From Candidatus Poribacteria bacterium (lineage in GTDB: Bacteria; Poribacteria; WGA-4E; WGA-3G): 64,000 bases of DNA. The translations under genes and the position numbers were made by a program. A model generated the notes under the pieces. That model was not told the origin of the DNA and made no database searches. It was given only the letters and a program-made list of their open reading frames with translations. The DNA is taken from positions 3,424,001 to 3,488,000 of the forward strand of contig OZ251518.1 of NCBI GenBank assembly GCA_965242965.1. Reading direction: 5' to 3'. Of the stretch, positions 30,101 to 40,240 are shown one piece after another; position 1 is the first letter of the stretch, and every line of letters starts with the position of its first letter.

Positions 30101-33100
30101 TTTTGGAAACGACGAATGAAAACCGCGCGCTGTTTAACGTTGCCCTGAAAGATAAAGACGAATCCGAGGCTGTCGGCAACTACATGCGCAATCGCGATGT
30201 CCCCGCCTCCTCTATTCAACCGCTCTCCCTCTCCACCGAAGAACGGCTTATCATGGAAGTCGGCTACGATTTCACTGACTTGGTGGAAGAATGGGGCGGC
30301 TTCTCCAGCGGCATCTCTAATGCCGGTGTCGATTTCTCCGAACGCGGGTTCGTCGAACTCTGGATGCGCGTCCAAGGCGACGACAACGTCACTCTCTTCC
30401 TTGACATCGGTATCATCAGCGAAGATACGGATAGAGACGAACGCCTCGATAGCGAAGACTTGCCCGATACACTCTTGGACATCAACGCCGATGGCAAGGT
30501 TGATGCGTTGGACCTGGATTTAGAGAACCTTCCCGATGAACTCCGATACCGTGGCAACGGCGCACTGGATACCGGTGAAGACATCGGTTGGACGTTCAAC
30601 GGCGCGTTTGAACGCATCGCCTTCGGTAGAAACAATCAGGTGCTTGATAGCGAAGACCTGAACGGCGACGGCGAGTTGAACGCCATTGATGCCTATTTCC
30701 AAATCTCCATCCCGCTTAACGAAATTCCTAACGAGTGGGTGAAAAGCCAAAACAACAACGGTTGGACGTTTCTCAGCATTCCGCTCTCGCGATTCGTGCC
30801 GCAAGGCACCCGCGTACCGAGTCTCGTGTTCGTCCAGCACTTCCGCTTCTGGCTGATGAAAAACCGTCCCGGCACCGTGCAAGGCACATTCCAGTGGGCA
30901 TCCATCGAGATAGTCGGCAATAAATGGCAGCAAGGCATCGTCACTAAAGCGCAAGCGGCGCAACCCGCAGGCGAACTCGCCGGACAGGCAATCGTCGAAG
31001 ATACGCTTGAAAGGTTCGTCGTCGGCACGAAAGACAACTTCAGCTATGACGATTATCAGCGCGCATACCTTGAAATTGAAGGCCATGAACAGTACGGCGA
31101 ACTCTTCAAGAAACTGCACCCGTTCACCGCCACTTCCCTCGGTTTTCAGACGCAACAGCAGCGTGAACAGACGCTGAGCCTCGACTATTACCTCTTCCCC
31201 GGTTCTTACGGCATTACCTCCAAGCAACTCAAGGGTTTAACACAAAGCGAGGGACAAGACTTTAGCAAACACGACACCCTTCGCCTCTGGCTGTATGGTG
31301 ACAAAAGCGATACCACCTTCGTGTTGCAACTCGCGCCTAGCGTGCGGACAGGCTATCGCAGCGCGTTTTACAACGCAGACCCTTTTGTTAACCCGCAGCA
31401 GGAAGAGGAGGACATCAACGTCTTTGAAAACCTCACCGACTACTACGAATACACCGTCCCTATTGACTTTGAGGGATGGCAGCTCATTGAGATAGATCTT
31501 CGTGATAGGCACAGAAATGCGTATCCTGATGTTACAGCCGGAGCAGGACAGGGGAGTGAGCTCCTGGGCACGACATTAGTTAACGAAGTGTCAACTCCCC
31601 CGGCGGAACCCGATGCACCCGATGGGCACCCCGACGGCTTCACCGTGAGAGGCAGAACTAGCACACAACTCTCCATCAAAAACATCGGCGGCATCCTGCT
31701 CGGCATCCGAAACGACACCGGGCGCGAAATCAGCGGCGAGGTTTGGGTAAACGAAATCCACCTCGGTGATCCGCTCGTTCGTTCCGGTTGGGCGCGCCGC
31801 GGAAATATGTCTGTCTCCCTCGGCAACCTCATCAAACTCCGCGGCGGCTATGCCAGCCAAGACAAAGATTTCGAGAGCGGTGCCGGCGAAATCGGGCGGC
31901 AACGCCTCTCCTCGCGCGGCTATAGCACAACTAATAACGACTTTAACATTGACGCAGATGTCAACATGTTCTCATGGCTGCCCATCCGCTATTCTGTCAG
32001 GCAGCAGGACTCCGAAACGGAAGCACTCCGCGGCAGCTATACCAGTTTCCAGAGTGGCAAGAGCGAGACTCTCAACCGCGATATCTCTGTCCAATTTAAC
32101 CGAAACCCTTATCCAAACCTCGGATTCGCCTATAACTATCAGGATTTTTGGAACGAGCGGCAAGGCACCCAAATCAGCCATCTCTACACCGGTGTCTTTC
32201 AATATAACCTCGGGCAAAAACTGGGGATGAAGGTGCAATATCGGCACGAAGATATCCTCGCCAAACCGGAAACGGCGACGGAGACGAGTGGCACAACGGC
32301 GGCCTACTACAGTTACGGCTACGGCAGAAATCGGGATGAGAAGACAGACAGCGGTTCGGTTACGCTTAACATCGCGCCGGCAAACGCCTTCAGTCTCAAT
32401 CCGAGTTACGACATTCGCCGCACACTAGAGAGACGTGAAACAAGCACTTACCGCTCGCCCCTAGGACAAAATACGGGCACGCCCACGCCTGATGAGGAGG
32501 ATGCAACGGAACAGGATTTCTCCATCGCCGAACGCGAACATCGGCTGTCCCTTACGCCGCGCCTCAACCGCGATGTGCTCGGATTGCGCCCGACGGTGAC
32601 AAGCCGCCTCAGTTTTCGGGAAAACTGGTTTAGCGAAGACAAAAACGCATCTCTCAACGGCAATGTCAGTCTCGGCATGAACCTCCGCATCCAAAAGTGG
32701 TTCGGCTGGCTCTTACCCGAAGAGACACCCCAAACCGAGCCTAGGAATGGACAGGGTGGACAACGCAGGAGAGGCACCGGCACTACATTTCCTGAACGCT
32801 TGCGCGAGGAAGGCATTGACGAAACGCAAATCCAAGAATTAGAAGAAAACCGCGGTGATTGGATCGAACGCGATAAACCCGATAGCAGAGACATCAGCGA
32901 TAAACCCAATAGCAGAGAACTCCCGGACTCAAACGGCGAGGGAGCACTTCCACAAGCGGCGCGCAGACAAGAAACCCTTTTTCATCGCGTCCTCAAAACC
33001 TTCACCGTCAGCACCAATGCCAACTTCACTGCGACAGAATCCTATCGGCAGCTGGCATCCGGGATATCTGCAATTGAAATGTGGCAACTCCCTGACGATG

Positions 33101-33804
33101 CACAAGAACGCACTCACTCCCGGCGGAGCAATCGCTATACCGTGCGGAGTGCCGTAGATCCGTGGACATGGGCATCCCTCGGTGGCAACTACAGCACATC
33201 CGATAGTTTCCGCAAAAGTGCCGGCAGCACCTACACCTCGCATGCCGAAACTTATGAGGCAGACCTGAAGTTGAAAGCGCAAGAGAAAACCAGTTTCCAA
33301 CTCCGCTACAGTTTCACGATGCGGAATACTGCCAATCTTGCTGTCACGCTCAGCGATAGTGCCGCCCATACGCCATCGCTCAGTTGGCACCACACTTGGG
33401 GTGCAGAAACGCGCACTGCCCTAGGCATCCGCACCACCCTCCGCGACCAGGAGCGCAGCGGCATCGTGAGCAGCGCGTTCATCGTCACACCTAATATCAG
33501 TGTCGATTACCGCTACCGAACCGAAAACGGCATCCGTATCCCCTTCTTCGGCAGAATTCCATTGAAGCACGATTTGGAACTCACAAACACCTTCTCTTGG
33601 GCAATTCGCCGTGAAGAATTTGGCGCGAACCGAGAAGAACGCTCAGAACGCTATGAAACAACACTCCGTGTCGGTTACAAAATCAGCACGCACTTTACCG
33701 CCAACCTGCACCTCGGTGTCAGCTATAACAACGATAGAGTAGAAGAGGGCCGCGACTTCCTCTCCATTGCCAGCGCGCTCACCGTCCGCGGCGAGTTGCA
33801 GTAA
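27181..33804 (+). CDS. SprA-like large outer-membrane beta-barrel (Type IX translocon homologue)
   Basis: 2207 aa; signal peptide; KIKIWYEG, FGDITLTLP.TRFL, LFGL, DLG.ISED-like, LDSEDLNGDG and GEVWVNEIHL motifs resembling SprA; long C-terminal amphipathic beta-strand region. Start codon uncertain. Confidence 0.7.
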   Translation: MNRTFSVNAPEVFRKHCIPKRVLKVAGLLLLLFFLPFHATAKSAPDAGLSPQPETEATPPVQQMTSEAFHQDESPFFLWQTDWQSPLTPRADKHAEEPAEEQEESGEPEEPLDAYLESLRRWKYPPTLIDLDNLDTWKPRKKRDEKGIALPMDSNLQITGFQSVTVEVNKTHYFGEGDLNRYGGYGYGGGYGSYGSGLDLGLTSSYTYDDFGYGSTGFGDTYGGGYGSRYGGGSYGGGYGGYGGGYGGYSSGIPRASGFNMRQSQQFGLHGRVGERTHIAVDYSAGSSSPFGGGGYGGGYGGYGGYGLGGAKEQKIKIWYEGKPESIIKTVAFGDITLTLPNTRFLNINRNLFGLEGVFEWKNTRVTLFGSRSKGVREVRTFRGQSRRASGYGSYGPRGIQIADANYVKNRFYLIHQGPDGLIHDAYLPIKAGSEEIYIDDGVVGNNQGGKRTPNGYFNPQFPGQDYNIDYETGEIEFLSPISASYTLIVAYEYLGNGGGTVGTPGNVFPDEPVTAGVPVVEVTGSGEPVLDSPAHPDSYVVLKEKGFRGTEASHVYSLGNRNINPRDFQLSIIRQGQSETFQTDAGRVPYIEIFGLDRNGDGNVDSQFVDYDRGILRFPEFRPFEISDPGHPYYKYRDAINNPAIYLESLRTTDAVYTLIADYAYQSETYNVGLWVIPNSETVRLNGRELVRDADYMMVYEVGTIRFFTELDEFDEIVVEFEKTPFGGASQQAVAGAWLEYTHKPKAKSQREQNLEDRFNRLGGFQGIQPGIGGDSPGGQNLFSGAGTFGNRRSYGGGFGGYGGGMGGFGGGYGGGLGGYGGGYSYGGFGGRSRSSYLGSYGGGMNYFTPVFQKGFNLSTGYILNTGQRPAEIPDVNNVPNRLQAFNINTSFGRAFNIAWLFNPLPFINVRNVPLSIDFSGEAAYSHNNPNSVGVALIDSMEGAKEATTIPTLKYNWKPCSIPGQGTTPDTTILETTNENRALFNVALKDKDESEAVGNYMRNRDVPASSIQPLSLSTEERLIMEVGYDFTDLVEEWGGFSSGISNAGVDFSERGFVELWMRVQGDDNVTLFLDIGIISEDTDRDERLDSEDLPDTLLDINADGKVDALDLDLENLPDELRYRGNGALDTGEDIGWTFNGAFERIAFGRNNQVLDSEDLNGDGELNAIDAYFQISIPLNEIPNEWVKSQNNNGWTFLSIPLSRFVPQGTRVPSLVFVQHFRFWLMKNRPGTVQGTFQWASIEIVGNKWQQGIVTKAQAAQPAGELAGQAIVEDTLERFVVGTKDNFSYDDYQRAYLEIEGHEQYGELFKKLHPFTATSLGFQTQQQREQTLSLDYYLFPGSYGITSKQLKGLTQSEGQDFSKHDTLRLWLYGDKSDTTFVLQLAPSVRTGYRSAFYNADPFVNPQQEEEDINVFENLTDYYEYTVPIDFEGWQLIEIDLRDRHRNAYPDVTAGAGQGSELLGTTLVNEVSTPPAEPDAPDGHPDGFTVRGRTSTQLSIKNIGGILLGIRNDTGREISGEVWVNEIHLGDPLVRSGWARRGNMSVSLGNLIKLRGGYASQDKDFESGAGEIGRQRLSSRGYSTTNNDFNIDADVNMFSWLPIRYSVRQQDSETEALRGSYTSFQSGKSETLNRDISVQFNRNPYPNLGFAYNYQDFWNERQGTQISHLYTGVFQYNLGQKLGMKVQYRHEDILAKPETATETSGTTAAYYSYGYGRNRDEKTDSGSVTLNIAPANAFSLNPSYDIRRTLERRETSTYRSPLGQNTGTPTPDEEDATEQDFSIAEREHRLSLTPRLNRDVLGLRPTVTSRLSFRENWFSEDKNASLNGNVSLGMNLRIQKWFGWLLPEETPQTEPRNGQGGQRRRGTGTTFPERLREEGIDETQIQELEENRGDWIERDKPDSRDISDKPNSRELPDSNGEGALPQAARRQETLFHRVLKTFTVSTNANFTATESYRQLASGISAIEMWQLPDDAQERTHSRRSNRYTVRSAVDPWTWASLGGNYSTSDSFRKSAGSTYTSHAETYEADLKLKAQEKTSFQLRYSFTMRNTANLAVTLSDSAAHTPSLSWHHTWGAETRTALGIRTTLRDQERSGIVSSAFIVTPNISVDYRYRTENGIRIPFFGRIPLKHDLELTNTFSWAIRREEFGANREERSERYETTLRVGYKISTHFTANLHLGVSYNNDRVEEGRDFLSIASALTVRGELQ

Positions 33805-33807
33805 GTT

Positions 33808-34402
33808 GAGGGTGTTTCATAAATCCCCGTAGGAGAGACCTCCTGGTCTCGATGCAATAGGACGGCGCGCCTCCCGGGGCCGCGGCGGCAGAACCCCCCC
33901 TTCATCGTAGGGCGAGGGCCCTCGCATGCCACCCGCGCATGCGAGAGGGTTTCCCTCGCCATCGTCCGCGCAATCCAACGATCGCGGGGGACAGGCCCCC
34001 GCGCTACGAAAAAAAACGGTACTTCATCGTAGGGCGAGGGCCTGTCCCTCGCCATCGTCCCCGCGCCGAAAAAAACGTCTCTTGTTTTCTTCAGGTCCGT
34101 AGGACCTTAATGTCTATAGCACGCGCGCCCGCGAAGAACACTAAGGTCCTTTAGGTCCTTAATAGTTTTTGACATGCATCGCGTGTTTTTATTAAGGACC
34201 TAAAGGACCTTGAAGACGTAACAACACGTGCTGCTATAGACATTAAGGACCTAAAGGACCTAAAACGCCACTCTTGACGATGGTGCTCGCGGGGGAAACC
34301 CGCTCGCATGCGCGTATGGCATCCGAGGGCCACCGCGCTACGGGAACATCGAGACCGGGAGGTCTCTCCTACCGGGAAGGCATTGATATACGAAACACCC
34401 TC
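33808..34402. mobile_element. MITE-like element with REP cargo
   Basis: Ends GAGGGTGTTTCATA...TACGAAACACCCTC; flanks match only partly (agtaagtt/gttaaaat). Confidence 0.6.
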
Positions 34403-34535
34403 GTTAAAATTAAACCGTTTTAACGTATTTGACAAAAAAAACGATTAATGATAAATTAACTACAAAATTGTTGAAAAGAACGAATCATCACTAAATTAAC
34501 GCAAGAACCACAATCTCTACAGGAGACATCAACCC

Positions 34536-37238
34536 ATGACAGACATCCCGCGTCCCGAATACCCGCGCCCCGATTTTCAGCGCGGCACCGCTGAAGGCAT
34601 CGATTGGATAAACCTCAACGGCACCTGGCACTTCGCCTTCGACCCGGGCGACACCGGCGAACGCGCACACTGGTTCGCACCCGAAACGTTCCCCGATACG
34701 CCGCTCCAGATACAAGTCCCCTACCCCTGGGAAAGCCTCGCCGCCTGGGGACAAGCCGAAACCGCCGATAGCGCAACCTATCTCAGCACCAACGCCTATC
34801 TCCACCCCGAAGAAGTCACCTGCGGTGGACTCCAACGCGACGGCAATTACCGCGACGCACCGCGACATACCCTCGGCTGGTACCGAAAAACCGTCTCCGT
34901 GCCAGAGACATGGAAAACCCAACGCGTCATCCTCCACTTCGGCGCAGTCGACTGGCACGCCAAAGTCTGGGTAAACGGACACTACCTCGGCGAACACCAA
35001 AACGGATACCTCCCGTTTGAATTCGACATCACCGATGCCCTTACCCCCGGCGAATCCACTAATACAGCGGACATCATCGTGCGCGCCTACGATGCCCAAG
35101 ACCACGGCGAACAAACCGTCGGCAAACAAGCCAACTGGTATACCCGCACCAGCGGGATATGGCAGACAGTCTATCTTGAACCCAGGAACCCCACCTATCT
35201 CCAGCAGTGCCATATCACCCCCGATATCGATAACGGCACCGCTACCTTTGCCGTGAACATCGCCGGCGCAACCGCGCACCACACCCTGCGCTGGCATTGC
35301 CCTGACGCTTTGATGCACGGAGAACTCGCCGCCGCCCCGACAACCCAGTTCACCGTTCACATCCCGCCAGAACGCCTCCGGCTCTGGGATGTTGACACGC
35401 CGAACCTTTACGACGTAACCCTGGAACTCGTCTCCGATGAGACAGTGCTTGACAGAGTCAGGACCTATTTCGGCATGCGCAAAGTCTCCATCGAGAAAGC
35501 ACCCCCAACAGGCAAAGATGTCCAAAAAGACGCGCCCTACCAATACATTTACCTCAACAACCGGCCCGTCTACCTCCTCGGCGCGCTCAATCAATCCTTC
35601 ACCCCAGAAGGAGTCTATACCTTCCTGACAGACGAAGCGATACAGACAGATATCGCCCGCGCCAAAGAATTCGGGTTCAACTTCCTCCGCCTCCACATCA
35701 AGATCGATGAACCGCGCCTCTATTACTGGGCAGATAAACTCGGCATGCTCTTCATGTGCGATATCCCAAACTTCAGCACCTATACCCCGACAGCACAAGC
35801 AAATTTGGAGGAGACGCTGCGAGGCACCCTCGCCCGCGATTACAACCATCCCTCCATCATCTCCTGGTGCGTGTTCAACGAAACGTGGGGACTCGGCGGA
35901 CGCGACTTCGCCCAACTCACCGAACGGCAAGAATGGGTGCGCCAGATGTATCACCTCACCAAATCCCTAGATACCACGCGCCTCGTTGAAGATAACTCCC
36001 CGTGCCTCTATGATCACGTCGAGACAGACATCAACTCCTGGCACTTCTATATTAACGACTACGCGCGCGCGAAAGAGCACATCGCCAACGTCGTCGAACA
36101 GACATATCCCGGTTCCTCCTTCAACTATGCCGGTGACAATGTGCAAGCCGACGCGCCGCTGATTAACAGCGAATACGGCGGTATCTCCGCAGGCGCAGGC
36201 GATAAAGATGTCTCTTGGTGCTTCAAATACCTCACCAACGAGCTCCGCCTTCACCCCAAAATCTGCGGCTACATCTACACCGAACTGCAGGACATCGAAT
36301 GGGAACACAACGGCTTCATGAACTACGACAGGAGTGTCAAGGCATTCGGCTACGATGTCCGCGATATCAACGCGCTGGATTTCATCGCCATCGATTATCC
36401 GCCCGGCACCACCGTTGCCCCCGGCGACACCATCGCCATGGACATTTACGCCAGTCACTTCTCCCACAAAACCATCGAAGGGACGACGCTTAACTGGCGA
36501 CTCGACGCGCTAGATGCCACCGGGCACCTGTCCCGCGGCATCGTTTCCGGAACCCCTGTGCCTATACCCTTTCCACCCTATCAGGTAGAGAAAGTGCACC
36601 GGCTCAAATTAGAGATACCCGACATCCACCCCGCCGTCAGCACCCTGCACCTTTGGGTAGAAGACGCAACAGGTGCCGTCATTGCCCGGAACTACATCAA
36701 TTTTGAGATAGTGAAATCTAGTCCAAAAAGCGGCCCAGCCATAGGCAAAGACATAGGAAACCAGATAATCGCATGTGAATGGACATCCGAAGCCACCGTA
36801 ACCGAACAACTGTTTTCAGCCCAAGGCACAGGGTTCGTCGACATCGTCCTTCCCGCGCCAGATAGCGATGCCAAATCGCTCAAACTCATCTTTGAAGCAT
36901 CCGCCTTCAACGGCGGCGCACGCCAAACCGAACCCGAAAAATATCCCACAGATGTCACCGTTTCCATCAACGGCGTGGAGATTCAGACGATAACCCTGCC
37001 CGATTGTCCCGCGGACGCGCGCGGCGTGCTCTCTTATATCCACGGGGAACCCGGCACCTACGGCTATCTCACGCGCCTCACAATTGAAGGCAAGCAACTC
37101 GAACAAATTCGCGCCCAAAACACCGATACATTCACCATTCGATACGAAGTCAAATCCGATGCAGCACACAAAGGGGGATTCGCCCTTTACGGCAGCCGCC
37201 GTGGCCGATACCCAACCGCGCCGCATCTCCTTTTTTAA
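34536..37238 (+). CDS. glycoside hydrolase family 2
   Basis: PRPEYPRPDF, WINLNGTWHF, LHFGAVDW, SGIWQTVYLE, YFGMRKV, RLHIK, NHPSIISWCVFNETWG, SEYGG. Confidence 0.9.
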   Translation: MTDIPRPEYPRPDFQRGTAEGIDWINLNGTWHFAFDPGDTGERAHWFAPETFPDTPLQIQVPYPWESLAAWGQAETADSATYLSTNAYLHPEEVTCGGLQRDGNYRDAPRHTLGWYRKTVSVPETWKTQRVILHFGAVDWHAKVWVNGHYLGEHQNGYLPFEFDITDALTPGESTNTADIIVRAYDAQDHGEQTVGKQANWYTRTSGIWQTVYLEPRNPTYLQQCHITPDIDNGTATFAVNIAGATAHHTLRWHCPDALMHGELAAAPTTQFTVHIPPERLRLWDVDTPNLYDVTLELVSDETVLDRVRTYFGMRKVSIEKAPPTGKDVQKDAPYQYIYLNNRPVYLLGALNQSFTPEGVYTFLTDEAIQTDIARAKEFGFNFLRLHIKIDEPRLYYWADKLGMLFMCDIPNFSTYTPTAQANLEETLRGTLARDYNHPSIISWCVFNETWGLGGRDFAQLTERQEWVRQMYHLTKSLDTTRLVEDNSPCLYDHVETDINSWHFYINDYARAKEHIANVVEQTYPGSSFNYAGDNVQADAPLINSEYGGISAGAGDKDVSWCFKYLTNELRLHPKICGYIYTELQDIEWEHNGFMNYDRSVKAFGYDVRDINALDFIAIDYPPGTTVAPGDTIAMDIYASHFSHKTIEGTTLNWRLDALDATGHLSRGIVSGTPVPIPFPPYQVEKVHRLKLEIPDIHPAVSTLHLWVEDATGAVIARNYINFEIVKSSPKSGPAIGKDIGNQIIACEWTSEATVTEQLFSAQGTGFVDIVLPAPDSDAKSLKLIFEASAFNGGARQTEPEKYPTDVTVSINGVEIQTITLPDCPADARGVLSYIHGEPGTYGYLTRLTIEGKQLEQIRAQNTDTFTIRYEVKSDAAHKGGFALYGSRRGRYPTAPHLLF

Positions 37239-37239
37239 C

Positions 37240-37358
37240 GGTAGGAGAGCCCTCTTGGTAGGAGAGACCTCCTGGTCTCGACAATCCCCGGTAGGAGAGC
37301 CCTCCCGGTCTCGATGTTCGTCTCCATCACCGTAGCGCGGGGGCCTGTCCCCCGCGAT
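37240..37358. repeat. REP cluster
   Basis: Three GTAGGAGAG starts and one GTAGCGCGGGGG palindrome. Confidence 0.8.
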
Positions 37359-37433
37359 CGTCTCCGTCCAGGAAGAACCCAAACATGCAAGACTTGACAA
37401 CCTCAAGTCTGCCTAACAATAGGAACTACAAAA

Positions 37434-38510
37434 ATGTCTACAACACAATTTCTCTTTGCACGAACGCCAGACCTGGAACGGTCCTGGCCCTTTTTACACG
37501 AACAGGCAGTGAAACGCCTTGAAGCACTCGGCGTAACCACCGTGCTGAACACCACTTACCGCAGCGCGCCCATCCACGAACAAGTGCCGTTAGACGACAC
37601 CATCGGCATCGTGCACTTCGGCGGTTCACTGACAGAAGCCTGCATCGCCGCCGCACCTAACCTCAAAGTGCTCGGCACGATGACAGATAACACCGGCCAC
37701 GGCATCCCGTTTGCCGCACTGCAAGCCCGCCGCATTCCCGTGATTGAATCAACCCGAGCCTGGGCGCAATCCGTAGCCGAATGCGCCTTCGGACTCGCGC
37801 TCTCCTCGCTGCGCCGGACAGCGCAATGGCACAAACGCCTCGCCCAGGGAGAACAGCTCTGGGACTGGGAGAACCCAATATGGGGCCCGCAGAAATTGCC
37901 CGTCGCACACCAATTCTGCGATGACCCGGGTTTTGTCAACGGTGACCTCGGCACAAAACGCATCGGCGTTATCGCCCTCGGCCAGATCGGCCGGAAAATC
38001 GCACAATGGTGCAGAGTCTTCGGCGCGGACGTGATGGGCTATGATCCGTTCGTCTCCGATGCCCTGCTCCAAGAATGGGATATCCGGCGTGCTGACATGG
38101 ACGAACTCGTCGACAACGCCGAGATCATCTTCGTCGCCGTGCCGCCGACACCCTCCGCACGCCACCTGCTGAACCGCGAACGCATCTATCGGCTGCAGAA
38201 AGGCGCGCTCGTCGTCGTCATCACCCGCGCACACGCCGTCGACATGGATGCCCTACGCGAACGCATCGTCGCAGACGAACTGTCCGGCGCATTCGATGTC
38301 TACGACAAAGAGCCCCTGCCACTTGATGATGCCTTACGAAACCGCGATAACGTCGTGCATACGCCGCACATCGCCGGCAGGACAATCGATTCCAACCTGC
38401 GCGTCGCCGATATGATTGTCGATGACTTTGAGCGCGTCCTCAACGGCGAACCGCCATTAGGTGAATTGACACCCCGGTTAGCCGAAGTGAGGACATCCAC
38501 GAACCCATAA
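37434..38510 (+). CDS. D-isomer-specific 2-hydroxyacid dehydrogenase family protein
   Basis: SVAE, IGVIALGQIG, YDPF, DVYDKEPLP, TPHIAG. Confidence 0.85.
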   Translation: MSTTQFLFARTPDLERSWPFLHEQAVKRLEALGVTTVLNTTYRSAPIHEQVPLDDTIGIVHFGGSLTEACIAAAPNLKVLGTMTDNTGHGIPFAALQARRIPVIESTRAWAQSVAECAFGLALSSLRRTAQWHKRLAQGEQLWDWENPIWGPQKLPVAHQFCDDPGFVNGDLGTKRIGVIALGQIGRKIAQWCRVFGADVMGYDPFVSDALLQEWDIRRADMDELVDNAEIIFVAVPPTPSARHLLNRERIYRLQKGALVVVITRAHAVDMDALRERIVADELSGAFDVYDKEPLPLDDALRNRDNVVHTPHIAGRTIDSNLRVADMIVDDFERVLNGEPPLGELTPRLAEVRTSTNP

Positions 38511-38572
38511 TCATGAACGCGCAAGGTAGGAGAGACCTCCTCGTCTCAACTCCAATGCGCGGGGGATTAACT

Positions 38573-38828
38573 GAGGGTTTCATAAATTTATTCCTTGAGG
38601 GGAGGCGCATCGGGCCCACCACTGTAGTTCGGGAGCACCTGCTCCCGAACGGGTCAAGATCAGGCGATCTTGACCTACAGGCCTGGCGCACGAACGATGG
38701 CGAGGGACAGGCCCTCGCCCTACGTGAAGAGGCGGCGTTTTTTTCACCGTAGCGCGGGGCCCTCGGATGCCACATGCGCATCCGAGCGGGTTTCCCCCGC
38801 GACGTTGAGCGAGTTATGAAACACCCAC
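38573..38828. mobile_element. MITE-like element with REP cargo, 8-bp TSD GATTAACT
   Basis: GAGGGTTTCATA...TATGAAACACCCAC flanked by GATTAACT at 38565-38572 and 38829-38836. Confidence 0.7.
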
Positions 38829-38873
38829 GATTAACTATCCTTAAGTCCTCGCGCGACAGGAATATCAAAACGC

Positions 38874-40223
38874 ATGCCAGAAAAACCCCCAGAAAAACCC
38901 ATTAACTCGTTCATCCGTCCAGAAATCGCGGCGATGGCACCTTATACGCCTATCGTCCCATTCAATGTCCTCAGCCGCCGACTCAACAGGCGGCCCGAAG
39001 ACATCATCAAACTCGATGCCAACGAGAATCCGTATGGCCCCTCGCCGCGCATTTACCGAGCACTCGCCGATGAAGCCTACTACCATATCTACCCAGACCC
39101 CGAGAGCACCACGCTCCGGGAAGCACTCAGTCAATATACAGGGATAGACGCGGACCACATCGTCGCCGGACACGGTGCCGATGAACTCATCGATTTGGTG
39201 ATACGGCTGTTCATCACACCCGGAGATGCAGTGCTGAACTGTCCGCCGACATTCGGGATGTATCCATTTGATACCGAACTGAACGGAGGGAGGGTTGTCA
39301 CCGTGCCGCGCCGGGAAGATTTTTCGGTGGACGTGGCGCGTCTTATAAGCACCGTCAGGCACTCTCAAAACGGGGAGGGTGCCTCTACAAAAATGCCAAA
39401 GCTGCTTTTCTTGACGAGCCCAAATAATCCGGACGGTGGGCTATTAGGAGATGACGCGCTGCGCGAACTCCTCGCATTGCCCCTCATCGTCGTCCTAGAC
39501 GAGGCATACATCGAGTTTGCAGGACAGGAAACTCCCCCGACACCCGTAGCGCGGGGGCCTGTCCCCCGCGAACCTTCACGCACAACATCAGGGACAGAAC
39601 ACGAAAACCCGCAGGAAACTCCCCCGACACCCGTAGCGCGGGGGCCTGTCCCCCGCGAACCTTCACGCGCACACTGGGTCCAAGAACACGAAAACCCGCA
39701 GCAGACTACCTCGACATCCGTAGCGCGGGGGCCTGTCCCTCGCGTTCCTTCACGCGCACACTGGGTCCAAGAATACGAGAACCTCATCGTGCTCCGGACA
39801 TTCAGCAAATGGGCAGGCTTGGCCGGCTTACGCGTCGGCTACGGAATTTTCCCGCAGTGGATTCGCACCCAACTCCTCAAAATCAAGCAGCCTTACAACG
39901 TGAACGTCGCCGGCACCGCCGCCGCCATCGCATCGCTTGAAGACACCGAATACCTGATGCAGAATGTGCAGAAAATTGTCCACGAACGCGAACAACTCCG
40001 CACCGCATTAGAACAGATTGACTTTTTGGAGCCGTATCCCAGTCACGCGAACTTTCTCCTCTGCCGCGTTAGCGGCCGCCCAGCCGCCGAACTCAAGGCA
40101 GAGTTAGCGCAGCAAGGCATTCTCATCCGTTACTTCAACACGCCGGGACTACAAGAACATATCCGCATCAGCGTCGGGAAACCATCAGAAACAGAAGCAC
40201 TGCTGAAAGCACTTGCGGGATAG
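38874..40223 (+). CDS. hisC: histidinol-phosphate aminotransferase with in-frame repeat insertion
   Basis: IKLDANENPYGPS, YPDP, GADELI, SPNNPDG, VVLDEAYIEF, LRTFSKWAGLAGLRVGY. Confidence 0.93.
   Translation: MPEKPPEKPINSFIRPEIAAMAPYTPIVPFNVLSRRLNRRPEDIIKLDANENPYGPSPRIYRALADEAYYHIYPDPESTTLREALSQYTGIDADHIVAGHGADELIDLVIRLFITPGDAVLNCPPTFGMYPFDTELNGGRVVTVPRREDFSVDVARLISTVRHSQNGEGASTKMPKLLFLTSPNNPDGGLLGDDALRELLALPLIVVLDEAYIEFAGQETPPTPVARGPVPREPSRTTSGTEHENPQETPPTPVARGPVPREPSRAHWVQEHENPQQTTSTSVARGPVPRVPSRAHWVQEYENLIVLRTFSKWAGLAGLRVGYGIFPQWIRTQLLKIKQPYNVNVAGTAAAIASLEDTEYLMQNVQKIVHEREQLRTALEQIDFLEPYPSHANFLLCRVSGRPAAELKAELAQQGILIRYFNTPGLQEHIRISVGKPSETEALLKALAG
39525..39785 (+). repeat. three tandem 87-bp in-frame units, each containing a REP
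   Basis: Units start at 39525, 39612 and 39699; each encodes VARGPVPR. Confidence 0.9.
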
Positions 40224-40240
40224 GCACGTTTGGCTAATGT

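Noticed and set aside
34491-35954. Long antisense ORFs (487 aa here; also 44031-45194, 58917-59876 and 63050-63835)
   Set aside because: Shadows of well-supported genes on the opposite strand in GC-rich DNA; no recognisable motifs.
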